Positions 17,968 to 26,951 of a stretch of DNA of 35,330 nucleotides are shown piece by piece. Under the pieces are notes generated by a model. That model had not been told where the DNA came from and made no database searches. It saw nothing but the letters and a program-made list of their open reading frames with translations. Origin of the DNA: a virus (taxonomy: Duplodnaviria > Caudoviricetes). The stretch is from positions 1 to 35,330 of IMG/VR virus record IMGVR_UViG_3300006803_002143; one strand, 5' to 3'. Made by a program: the position numbers and the translations under genes. Positions within the stretch are counted from its first letter, which is position 1, and every line of letters begins with the position of its first letter.

Positions 17968-20312
17968 GTGATATAATTAAAGTTCCTGAGTATGCTAAAG
18001 TTAAGGTATATTGGGATGATAAACCAGAAAACTATTCAAGACAAGCAAAGTTAAAAGTAAGAGATTACTTTCATAAAAAATATGGTATTAGTAAAACTAA
18101 TATTGATGTTGTTTATAGGCCAGTTAAAGTTGGTAAAAACGGTGAAGTTATTGAAATTAGCGGTGCTAACGTTGATAACATCTTAGACCCTAACTATCAA
18201 GTAGAATTGATGAAAGAGTGGTTTAAAAGGAATGGTAAAACGGTTGATTTCCCAAGATTACTTGATTTAGATAAAAAGGTTAATGGTTCATTAGAAGAGC
18301 AAGGTGAAATTAAAAATCATAGGTCATGGTCTTTGAAATGGATATATTTAGATAACTTTCTTTCATTCGGTGATAAGAATTTTGTATCGTTTAGTAAATT
18401 AAATGGTTTGAATGTTGTTAATTCTGAACCACCAAATCAAGGTGGTAAAACCAACTTTACTGTTGATGCCATAAAATTCTTATTATTCGGTAAAACTACA
18501 AAGACTGATAAAAATGAAGAAGTCTTTAACACATTTACCGATAAGAACGAATTATCTGTTAGGGGTATGATTGTGATTGAAGGTCAAGAAATGATTATTG
18601 AACGTCTATTAAGTAGACGTGCTAAGAGAACTGGCGGTTGGAACATAACCAACAAAGTAAACTATTATAAAATCTTACCAGATGGTGAAGAAGAACTTAT
18701 GAATGATGAAGATTCTAAGAAAACAGGTGAGATTATAACTAATAATGTTGGAACTGAAAAAGATTTCGATATTACAATATTAGCTACCGCTAGAAACTTA
18801 GAAGATTTAATAGATGCTAAACCAACTGAGAGTGGTAGATTATTAACTAAATTTATTGGTCTTGAAATTGTTGAAGCTAAAGAAGTTATTGCTAAAAGTA
18901 TGTACTCCGACTTTAATAAAAATAAAAAGGGTAATCATTATGATATAACATCATTATTAAATGATAATACAACATTAGGGGAAAATTTAACTCTATATGG
19001 TGAAAATCTTAAGTTACAAAAAGATAACCTCAAACATTCTGAAAAATCAATCACCAGATTAAATGGTGAAAAAGAACGTTTATTAAGTAGTAAGTTAAAT
19101 ATTGATGTACAAATAGCTCAACTAAATCCAGAAGTATTAGAACAAGAAATTAGTGAGATAATTGGAAAGGGAGTTACCTATAAAGAAAAGATTGATAACT
19201 TCCAAATAGAGATTGATAAATTAAAGGATATTCAATACGATGAATATAAATACAATGAGTTAGAAAAGAAAGATAGAGTTTTAACAATTGAGATTGGTGA
19301 ATTAATTAATGATATTGCCCGTTTTGGTAAGGTAATTGACAACTTAAAGGACAGTGAGATATGTCAAACATGTCGTAGACCATTAGATGATATTGATAAC
19401 ACTGAGAATATTGAAGGATATGAAACCAAAATACACGAAGCTAAACAATCTATTGAAACTAAGAATCTTAAATTGACTAAAATTAAAGATTCTATATCTA
19501 AAATCAAGGAAAATAGAGAAGTTGTTGACCGAAGAGATAGATTAGAATTAGAACGTGATAAGACTGAAGTTGAAATTGGTTCATTAAGGAATAAACTTAT
19601 AGCCAAAAAAGCGGATTTAAAAAAATATAAAGCTAATGAAGATGCAATTAATAGTAACATATCAATAGATGCTGACATATCGTCAGTAAAAACGGAGTTA
19701 ATTGCTGAGAATAATACTAAGTCAATAATCACTCAAAAAATATTTACAACTGAACAAGCGATTAATACTGCTAATAGTCAGATTGAAATAAATAGTAAGA
19801 TGATTGAAACTCTTAAAAAAGAAGAAGAGATTGAGAAGATATTTAAAGTATATTTAGAGATGATTGGTAAGAAAGGAATTAGTAAATTAGTTTTAAGGTC
19901 TGTATTACCTATAATCAATTCGGAATTACAAAGGTTATTAGATGATATTTGTGATTTTGAAATAGAGTTGGTAATTACTGATAAAAATGAAGTGGAATAC
20001 CATATAATAAAAAATGACGTAAGTAAATTACTTAAATCTGGTAGTGGTTTAGAAAGAACTATATCAAGTTTGGCGTTAAGGTGTGTTTTAGGGAAGATTT
20101 CACATTTACCAAAACCAAACTTTATTACTTTTGATGAAGTATTGGGTAAAGTGGCCGCAGAGAATGTAGAGAAATTACAAATAATGTTTGGTAAAATCAA
20201 AGATATGTTTGACATAGTTTTCTTTATATCCCATAATGATTTGGTGAAAGATTGGGGTGATAAAGTTATCACGGTTAAAAAGGTTAATGATGTATCATCA
20301 ATAAAAGTTTAA
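17964..20312 (+). CDS. sbcC: SbcC/Rad50-like (gp46-like) SMC ATPase with N-terminal extension
   Basis: NFLSF, Walker A NQGGKT, coiled coil with CQTC hook, SGLE signature, FDEV Walker B, ISH. Confidence 0.9.
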   Translation: MSDIIKVPEYAKVKVYWDDKPENYSRQAKLKVRDYFHKKYGISKTNIDVVYRPVKVGKNGEVIEISGANVDNILDPNYQVELMKEWFKRNGKTVDFPRLLDLDKKVNGSLEEQGEIKNHRSWSLKWIYLDNFLSFGDKNFVSFSKLNGLNVVNSEPPNQGGKTNFTVDAIKFLLFGKTTKTDKNEEVFNTFTDKNELSVRGMIVIEGQEMIIERLLSRRAKRTGGWNITNKVNYYKILPDGEEELMNDEDSKKTGEIITNNVGTEKDFDITILATARNLEDLIDAKPTESGRLLTKFIGLEIVEAKEVIAKSMYSDFNKNKKGNHYDITSLLNDNTTLGENLTLYGENLKLQKDNLKHSEKSITRLNGEKERLLSSKLNIDVQIAQLNPEVLEQEISEIIGKGVTYKEKIDNFQIEIDKLKDIQYDEYKYNELEKKDRVLTIEIGELINDIARFGKVIDNLKDSEICQTCRRPLDDIDNTENIEGYETKIHEAKQSIETKNLKLTKIKDSISKIKENREVVDRRDRLELERDKTEVEIGSLRNKLIAKKADLKKYKANEDAINSNISIDADISSVKTELIAENNTKSIITQKIFTTEQAINTANSQIEINSKMIETLKKEEEIEKIFKVYLEMIGKKGISKLVLRSVLPIINSELQRLLDDICDFEIELVITDKNEVEYHIIKNDVSKLLKSGSGLERTISSLALRCVLGKISHLPKPNFITFDEVLGKVAAENVEKLQIMFGKIKDMFDIVFFISHNDLVKDWGDKVITVKKVNDVSSIKV

Positions 20313-20319
20313 CCAGGTC

Positions 20320-20350
20320 TTGTTTTTGTTTAAAAATTTTAGTATATTTG
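20320..20350 (+). promoter_or_regulatory. Bacteroidetes-type host promoter TTG-N20-TATATTTG
   Basis: Consensus match upstream of the two-gene unit containing the sigma factor. Confidence 0.65.
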
Positions 20351-20356
20351 ATAAAT

Positions 20357-20872
20357 ATGGAAAAAGGAAAACTTAGAGAATATTGGATAATTGGTGTAGA
20401 TAATGTCACTGGGTTAGAAGATGATATAAATTTAATAGCTACAGAACCTTTAAAATTGTTAGTTGGTACTAAGGAAACAACATTAATTGCAACATTTGAA
20501 TCTGAATTAGACGTTGATAAGATAAAAGAGATTTTAAATGTAGGTGGTAGGCGTAGTTTTTTTATTAGTGAAATGAACCCAGCTACATTTTCAGCACATA
20601 TTGATAATGAAGCAATAGACAAATATTTATTTGAAGATTTTAATAAAAAACAAAAAATATTTGTAGATATAAAGAGAAATTTTTTAGACTTTATATCTAC
20701 TGGTTTAACCAATAGTACAACATCTGTTTTAGATGTTGAATATAATGAAGAAAGATTATCTTCATTAACTGGAGCACAAAGAAGTGACTTAATAGATAAG
20801 TTATTAACTAACGATGTTGATAAACTTACAAATAACCAAAAGAAAGTTTTGAACTTTCTTGCAAGTTTATAA
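20357..20872 (+). CDS. Hypothetical protein
   Basis: Start moved to ATG 20357, after the promoter. Confidence 0.7.
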   Translation: MEKGKLREYWIIGVDNVTGLEDDINLIATEPLKLLVGTKETTLIATFESELDVDKIKEILNVGGRRSFFISEMNPATFSAHIDNEAIDKYLFEDFNKKQKIFVDIKRNFLDFISTGLTNSTTSVLDVEYNEERLSSLTGAQRSDLIDKLLTNDVDKLTNNQKKVLNFLASL

Positions 20873-20882
20873 AATATGATTA

Positions 20883-21662
20883 ATGAAAAATTACATAAAT
20901 GAAAAAACAAATATTGTTAGTAAATATTTTAAGGATGTAAATAAACACAAATTATTGACATCTGAAGAAGAAAATAAGATTGCTGAAAGAATTACCAATG
21001 GTGATGAATCAGCAATTAATGAATTAGTAAATGCTAATCTTAAATTTGTAATTAGCATTGCTAAAGATTACCAAAACTTAGGTCTACCATTATCTGACTT
21101 GATTAATGAAGGGAATTTTGGTCTTATTAAAGCGGCAAAACGATTTGACCCATCAAGAGGGTTTAAATTTATTTCTTATGCTGTGTGGTGGGTTAGACAA
21201 TCCATTATGCAAAGTCTAAACGATAACTCCAGAATGATTAGACTTCCGTCCAACATCGTTAACAAAATAATTCAACATAATAAACAGAATGAGGAATATT
21301 TTGAAGAGATGGAAGAACAATACCCAACTTGTGTATCATTAAATACTAAAATAGGTACATATACTGGGTTTGAATTAGGTGATATGTTACCTGATGAAGA
21401 TATAAACACACTAGATGTTTTAGAATTTGAAACAGATAAGTTAAAAAGGGTTTTAAATAAGACGTTAGAGTGTCTTAGTAATAAAGAACGTGGTATTATC
21501 GAGTGTTATTTTGGTTTGAATAAGAACTATGAACCTATGACATTAGAAGCCATTGGAGATAGATATGATTTAACAAAAGAACGTATTAGACAAATAAAAG
21601 AAAAGGCTATTAGACGCTTAAGACACAATAACGTAGAATTACATAATTTAATAAATAAGTAA
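20883..21662 (+). CDS. RNA polymerase sigma-70 factor (RpoD/RpoS-like, lacking region 1.1)
   Basis: NLKFVISIAK.Y, DLINEGNFGL.KAA.RFD, FISYAVWWVRQSI, TLE.IG....LTKERIRQI. Confidence 0.92.
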   Translation: MKNYINEKTNIVSKYFKDVNKHKLLTSEEENKIAERITNGDESAINELVNANLKFVISIAKDYQNLGLPLSDLINEGNFGLIKAAKRFDPSRGFKFISYAVWWVRQSIMQSLNDNSRMIRLPSNIVNKIIQHNKQNEEYFEEMEEQYPTCVSLNTKIGTYTGFELGDMLPDEDINTLDVLEFETDKLKRVLNKTLECLSNKERGIIECYFGLNKNYEPMTLEAIGDRYDLTKERIRQIKEKAIRRLRHNNVELHNLINK

Positions 21663-21669
21663 TTCCTGA

Positions 21670-21677
21670 TATTTATA
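21670..21677 (+). promoter_or_regulatory. Putative late promoter TATTTATA
   Basis: 21 nt upstream of ATG 21691. Confidence 0.6.
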
Positions 21678-21690
21678 TAAAAGTAAAATT

Positions 21691-22839
21691 ATGAAATTAC
21701 ATTTTGGACATTTATTAGGTGCAGCGGCTTTATTTATAGCTTCTTGTGCCGCATTCTTTTCAGTATACGGTATTGGTATGTTATTTTCTGGTGCTATGGT
21801 AGCTGTAATAATTATGGGTTCTTCATTAGAACTAGGTAAATTGGTAACGGCTAGTTATCTACAGAGAGAGTGGAAAACAATACATTGGTTACAAAAAACG
21901 TATCTTTGTTTAGGTGTTATTATTTTAATGGGGATAACTTCAGGCGGTATTTACGGGTTTTTATCTTCAGCATACCAAGAAACCTTTCAAAAATTATCTA
22001 TTAGTCAAAATGAAATAGCTTTCCTAGGACAAAAAGAAAAATTCTTTGCTGATGACTTAGCCAGATATGATAAGGAGTTAGAAAGGATATCAAACAATAT
22101 TAGTACCTTATCTGACACAAAAGCTAATTCAATACAAGTTAGAGACACTTCTTCATCCACTGGATTAAGAAATACAATATCAACGTCTGGGTTAAGATTA
22201 GCACAAGAAAGGATTAACGTTGAAGAAGAAAATCGTGATGAAATGATGATTAAACGAAGCGTTGTTGCCGATTCTTTACAAAAATATCAATTAGCTATAC
22301 TAAATAAACAAAATGATACTGAAGTTTCAGCAGAGTTAGGACCTTTAATTTATGTGTCAAATTTAACTAATATACCAATGGATAAGGTAGTTAATTATTT
22401 TATATTATTATTTATTATAGTATTTGACCCTTTAGCTGTCGCTTTAGTTATAGCTACAAATAAAGTGTTTGTTAAAGAAGGTTTAAAAAGAAAAAATGAG
22501 GGTATAAATGAGGGTATAAATGAGGTGACTAAACCAGGTAAAAAAAGACCTGGTCTATTTGCTAAATTATTCACTTCTAAATCTTTAAAGAACCCCAAAC
22601 CAGTAAATGATACAGTTACTGATACAGTAAAAAAAGAAGAAGTACCAAAAGAAGTGATTAAATCGGGTGTTATAAATAATCAAGGGATAGTTTCGGTAAA
22701 TGCACCAGCTCCACCTGGTATGGCTCAAGCTAAACAAACACCTACTGTTAATACTGGAATAAAACCAGAAGATGTAGCACAAGTTAGGAATAACGCTAAG
22801 AATTATACTAGAAAAATACCAGCAAGACGTGGTTATTAA
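21691..22839 (+). CDS. Membrane protein with coiled coil (three N-terminal TM segments plus one later)
   Basis: Hydrophobic helices; LELGK, TSGGIYGFLS, ELGPL.Y and IVFDPLA motifs seen in large-phage membrane proteins. Confidence 0.7.
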   Translation: MKLHFGHLLGAAALFIASCAAFFSVYGIGMLFSGAMVAVIIMGSSLELGKLVTASYLQREWKTIHWLQKTYLCLGVIILMGITSGGIYGFLSSAYQETFQKLSISQNEIAFLGQKEKFFADDLARYDKELERISNNISTLSDTKANSIQVRDTSSSTGLRNTISTSGLRLAQERINVEEENRDEMMIKRSVVADSLQKYQLAILNKQNDTEVSAELGPLIYVSNLTNIPMDKVVNYFILLFIIVFDPLAVALVIATNKVFVKEGLKRKNEGINEGINEVTKPGKKRPGLFAKLFTSKSLKNPKPVNDTVTDTVKKEEVPKEVIKSGVINNQGIVSVNAPAPPGMAQAKQTPTVNTGIKPEDVAQVRNNAKNYTRKIPARRGY

Positions 22840-23437
22840 TAAAGAGAAATATAAATTAAAAGAAGAGTCTTATAATGTAGAAAAGTTCGATAAAGATTTA
22901 ATTATAATTGGAAATACCTTGAACTCTGGAATGAATCATTTTGATGTTTGGAATAATAAGATAAATGGTAAATATAAGAATACTGCCACATATACTGTAA
23001 CACTTAAAGGTGAAATCTATGAGCACTTTAACCCAATATATTATTCTAACTTTTTGGGTGCTGGGAAATTTGATAGAAAGACTATAACAATAGCATTAGA
23101 AAATGAAGGTTGGTTAACTAAAGATTTTGAACATGGCTTTTATATAAATTGGTCTGGTGAGAAATATGAAAGGAAAGATAAGATAGTTGAAAAAAGTTGG
23201 AGAGGGCGTTTAAGATGGGCACCTTACAAAAAGAAACAGATGGATGCACTAGTCTTTCTATGCGAAGAATTGATTGAAAAATTTAAGTTAGATAAATTTG
23301 TTTCACCAAATAATGTAAAAGTTAATGAGTTTACTAAAAAGAAAGGTATTTATTATAGAAGTAATTATTTAAAAACTTCATTGGATGTTTCACCAGCGTT
23401 CAATATTAAATATTTAAAAGAAAAAATAGAAGAATAA
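22829..23437 (+). CDS. Amidase_2-like protein with degenerate zinc ligands
   Basis: YTVTLKGEIYE, ITIALENEG, Y...QMDAL..L and DVSPAF; IIIGNT where HxT is expected. Confidence 0.6.
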   Translation: MVINKEKYKLKEESYNVEKFDKDLIIIGNTLNSGMNHFDVWNNKINGKYKNTATYTVTLKGEIYEHFNPIYYSNFLGAGKFDRKTITIALENEGWLTKDFEHGFYINWSGEKYERKDKIVEKSWRGRLRWAPYKKKQMDALVFLCEELIEKFKLDKFVSPNNVKVNEFTKKKGIYYRSNYLKTSLDVSPAFNIKYLKEKIEE

Positions 23438-23889
23438 TGGAAAATATATTTGAAAATGACATTACCAAAAAAATGTTAAGTGAAATAAGAGGTAGTAATA
23501 ATAAATCTCTTATTACAGAAGGGGCTAACGATGAAGAAGATTTATCTTCAGCTGAATTAAGTGAAGAACAAAAGAATTTTAGAGATACTGTAAGTCCAAG
23601 AGTTGATTTTACTGGCTTCAAAGTCTATCCTAAAAATAAAAATGTTGTTTTTTCAGGTAAATTTGAAAATATGGGTGGTCTTGAATGGCAATTCACATTA
23701 GAAGATGCTAACGGTTTATACATCACCGCTAACAACGTTCCTTTTAGTGATGATACAATAGCTACAATTAAAAAACTTAAAGGTTATTATGATAATTGGG
23801 CCGATGAATGGGCGCAAAAATTAGCTACGGAATATAATAGAAATGGTGAAGAAGGTGGTAGTGAGGTACAAGAAGGAGAATTAGCTTAA
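23437..23889 (+). CDS. Hypothetical protein, putative head-associated
   Basis: Leader TKKMLSEIR...LITE. Confidence 0.7.
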   Translation: MENIFENDITKKMLSEIRGSNNKSLITEGANDEEDLSSAELSEEQKNFRDTVSPRVDFTGFKVYPKNKNVVFSGKFENMGGLEWQFTLEDANGLYITANNVPFSDDTIATIKKLKGYYDNWADEWAQKLATEYNRNGEEGGSEVQEGELA

Positions 23890-23912
23890 ACCTTAATTAA
23901 ATTATAAAATAT

Positions 23913-23952
23913 AAAAAGTTGATGAAAAATTTGTTTTATCAGCTTTTTTTTT
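23913..23952 (+). terminator. Putative intrinsic terminator
   Basis: aaaaagttgatgaaa / tttatcagctttttt inverted repeat with a long T run. Confidence 0.55.
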
Positions 23953-23961
23953 ATATATTTG
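23930..23961 (+). promoter_or_regulatory. Bacteroidetes-type host promoter TTTG-N20-TATATTTG
   Basis: Consensus match overlapping the terminator hairpin. Confidence 0.55.
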
Positions 23962-23978
23962 TTTTTAAATAGTTAAAA

Positions 23979-24776
23979 ATGAAAAGTTTATTAAATTCCA
24001 GAGTAGTTGTAACAATCATAATTGTTATAATATTATTATTTGCTGGTCAATGGGCATATAATAAATATATGAACTTACAAACCGATTTAAGAATCGCTCA
24101 ACAAAATGAAGCGTCACTTAAGGATTCACTTAGGGTAACAACAAATAAGTTAGGTCAAATTGAAGTTTCTAAACAAATACTTGTCGCAAAAAATGAAAGG
24201 GATTTAAGAAAGTTAAATTCAGATATGGCTGATAAGCTTTCTAAGTTAAGTGGTAAAATTAGTTCTCTTACTTCAACAGTTATTCAATTGAGTGGCGTTA
24301 TTGAAGATATGCAGAATATTGACACTGACGTGGTAGATGTTTCACCACCAGATTCTAGTGGTACATCAATAAAAGCTTTTACATGGAGATATGAAAAAAC
24401 TTTTGATGAAGATAATTTTAGGTCTATTGCTGGTAAGACTACTTTTAGTGTGGATTCAACTAATTCAATTTTTAAACCATTAAGAACTAGTATTACTGAA
24501 GATGAAATTAGATTTCAATTAACTCAAGGTCTTAGAACTACTGATGATGGTAAGGTTGAAATGTTTGCTACATCTAACTATCCTAACTTTGCAGTTAAAG
24601 AACTTAATTCAGTTTTAATCGACCCTGATTCACATCCAGCTTTAAAACAATTCACAAAACGAAAACGCTTCTCATTAGGTTTATATGGTGGTTTTGGTGG
24701 TACTGTTAACCTTAGTAATTCTACAATTATTTTTGGACCACAATTTGGTGTAGGGGGTAGTTGGCGACTCTGGTAA
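23979..24776 (+). CDS. Envelope protein: N-terminal TM, coiled coil, C-terminal beta-hairpin; possible spanin-like
   Basis: VVVTIIIVIILLFAG; ends FSLGLYGGFG...GPQFGVGGSWRLW. Confidence 0.6.
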   Translation: MKSLLNSRVVVTIIIVIILLFAGQWAYNKYMNLQTDLRIAQQNEASLKDSLRVTTNKLGQIEVSKQILVAKNERDLRKLNSDMADKLSKLSGKISSLTSTVIQLSGVIEDMQNIDTDVVDVSPPDSSGTSIKAFTWRYEKTFDEDNFRSIAGKTTFSVDSTNSIFKPLRTSITEDEIRFQLTQGLRTTDDGKVEMFATSNYPNFAVKELNSVLIDPDSHPALKQFTKRKRFSLGLYGGFGGTVNLSNSTIIFGPQFGVGGSWRLW

Positions 24777-24839
24777 GACTAAATAGGTGATTATCTTTAA
24801 AAAAAGAGGTTAATCAAGGTTTTTCTTATTATTTTTCAC

Positions 24840-24847
24840 TATTTATA
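24840..24847 (+). promoter_or_regulatory. Putative late promoter TATTTATA
   Basis: Upstream of 24884. Confidence 0.6.
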
Positions 24848-24883
24848 TAAAAGATAAAATGTGATTACATAATATTTAACTTT

Positions 24884-26902
24884 ATGCAAAGAATAAAATT
24901 AAATGAAAGACAAATCTTGATGCTTAAAAAACTAGAACAAGAAGAGTCTAATAAAAATAAGGTACTTAGGATTACTGAGAGTCAATATAACAGACTTTTT
25001 AACAGTAAAGGTAAAGCTAGTCAAAAACTAAGTAAGAACCTTAAGAAAGCTGGCATTGGCGAAGGTGCAACCAAAAAAATTGATTTGGTTGATTTCGCTG
25101 AAGAGATTGTTGTATTCATTAAAGATATCTTATCGAATCCTAGAACTATGTCCTTTTCTCCATATTGGGAAGATTTAGGGATTAGTAAAAACCAATTATT
25201 CAATATGGTTAAGAAGCAAGGTCTTTTAGCCTTAGCTGATGACAACGCAGAAATCAAAGAATATATCGCACCTAAATTTGGTTTTAGAAAAAACGTTAAG
25301 GAATTATATAAAAATATTTCAGAAAAATATACAACATTAAATGAATTTGGTGATGGTGGTTATCCAGCGGGTGCTGAGATGGACCCAAATAACCCATGGG
25401 ACCAAGAAGACGGTGAAGAAGAAACTCAAGTAGAAATTATCTCATTAGAGGATAACCAAAAGAAATTTAAACTTCTTTACATGGAACCACAAGATGGTTT
25501 AGGTATATTTAAAGCTGGTAATGAATTATTCATAGCATCTTTATCTAATATAGGTGATATTAACGAAGACCCAGAAGTTTTAGATGGTAAAGCTTATGTT
25601 TATGATTATAAAGGTAAAACTGATAATATTACTCCATTAGGTTTTGAAGATTATATCAACGATAGTTATAATCAAGGTAAACTAAAGCCAGTTAGAAACG
25701 ACAAAACAAACAAGTTTCCAGTTCCAACATTAATTACTCCAACTGTAAAGAAAAAAATATTAGAATGGTATGGTGATGACCCTAAAGTTGCAGAAATGCT
25801 TGGTCAATTACCAGAAACTACAGGTGCTGCATCTAGCGGTGCTTCTGTTGGCGGTGCTTCATTCAATAGCCCAATAAATAAAGATACTGGTAAAAGTCCA
25901 GAGGAAGCAATGGGTGCGTTAATTAATGATGGTATTGATGCTGATGGCGTTATACCATTCCATTCAGATAGGAATGGTGAAGAACCATTCGTTATTAATG
26001 ATATTACATGGGAATACGTTAATGCTGATTATAATGGTAAGGTAGATATTGGAGTTTATAGATATGGTCAAGACATTACTTATTCATATGACTGGTTTAA
26101 CAAAAACATTCTAAAATCAATGGGTGAATCAACTACAACAACTAGTGTTGGTGGTGATAGCGGTACATTTGCTTATGATGCACCAGCTGGTGACGGAAAA
26201 GATTTTTGGACTGCTGGTAATAAGTTAAATAAAGGTAAAGGTGATAAACAACAAGGAACGCCAATAGTTAGAGGTGGTACAATGGTTAAAGAATCAGATG
26301 TTAGAACAATGTTAGATAAAAAAATCCTTAAAGAAAATATTAAAGTAGGACAAGTTTATAAAAATGGTCTTGCTAGAAGAAAAGTTAAGGGTATTCAAAA
26401 ACATCCATTAACTCAATCTAAAAAAATAATCATTGTCCAACAATGGGGTGATGGTGATAATAGGGAAATTAAAATAGACCCTAAAGAATGGGGTTCTTGG
26501 GATTTACTTATTGAAAGAGTTGTGTTAAGAGTAACAGAAGCTCAATTCAATAAAATAATGGAATCAGAAAATCTTACTAAAACTGCTTACCCAAATGGTG
26601 ATATGATTAAGTTTGATGACTGTACCAAATTAAATAATAATAAGGTTGCTCAAAACGGTGGATGTAGTCAAGGTGATGATGGTGTTGTTAAATTGAGTAA
26701 AACAAAAGGTTCTGTTGTCGCAGAAGGATTTAACCCAAATATTGCACCAGGTTCTATTTATGCAATTGAAATTAGACCAATAGGTGCCAAAATAGGATTA
26801 ACGCAAGACAATGGACAAACAGTAGTTATACATTTCGAAGATGTCCCTGACGTTATAAAATTATTATCTAGATATTATGAATCAGGTGACGATTCAATAT
26901 AA
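24884..26902 (+). CDS. Large hypothetical modular protein, putative internal head protein
   Basis: Repeated IKLNERQ / LRITESQ / LRVTEAQ motif and low-complexity linkers. Confidence 0.7.
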   Translation: MQRIKLNERQILMLKKLEQEESNKNKVLRITESQYNRLFNSKGKASQKLSKNLKKAGIGEGATKKIDLVDFAEEIVVFIKDILSNPRTMSFSPYWEDLGISKNQLFNMVKKQGLLALADDNAEIKEYIAPKFGFRKNVKELYKNISEKYTTLNEFGDGGYPAGAEMDPNNPWDQEDGEEETQVEIISLEDNQKKFKLLYMEPQDGLGIFKAGNELFIASLSNIGDINEDPEVLDGKAYVYDYKGKTDNITPLGFEDYINDSYNQGKLKPVRNDKTNKFPVPTLITPTVKKKILEWYGDDPKVAEMLGQLPETTGAASSGASVGGASFNSPINKDTGKSPEEAMGALINDGIDADGVIPFHSDRNGEEPFVINDITWEYVNADYNGKVDIGVYRYGQDITYSYDWFNKNILKSMGESTTTTSVGGDSGTFAYDAPAGDGKDFWTAGNKLNKGKGDKQQGTPIVRGGTMVKESDVRTMLDKKILKENIKVGQVYKNGLARRKVKGIQKHPLTQSKKIIIVQQWGDGDNREIKIDPKEWGSWDLLIERVVLRVTEAQFNKIMESENLTKTAYPNGDMIKFDDCTKLNNNKVAQNGGCSQGDDGVVKLSKTKGSVVAEGFNPNIAPGSIYAIEIRPIGAKIGLTQDNGQTVVIHFEDVPDVIKLLSRYYESGDDSI

Positions 26903-26929
26903 TGTTTATGATATTAAGAAATAATTACA

Positions 26930-26937
26930 TATTTATA
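26930..26937 (+). promoter_or_regulatory. Putative late promoter TATTTATA
   Basis: 22 nt upstream of ATG 26952. Confidence 0.6.
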
Positions 26938-26951
26938 TAAAAACTAATATA

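Noticed and set aside
22494-22525. 12-nt tandem repeat aaatgagggtat
   Set aside because: In-frame slippage (NEGINEGINE) in a disordered tail; too short to be an array.
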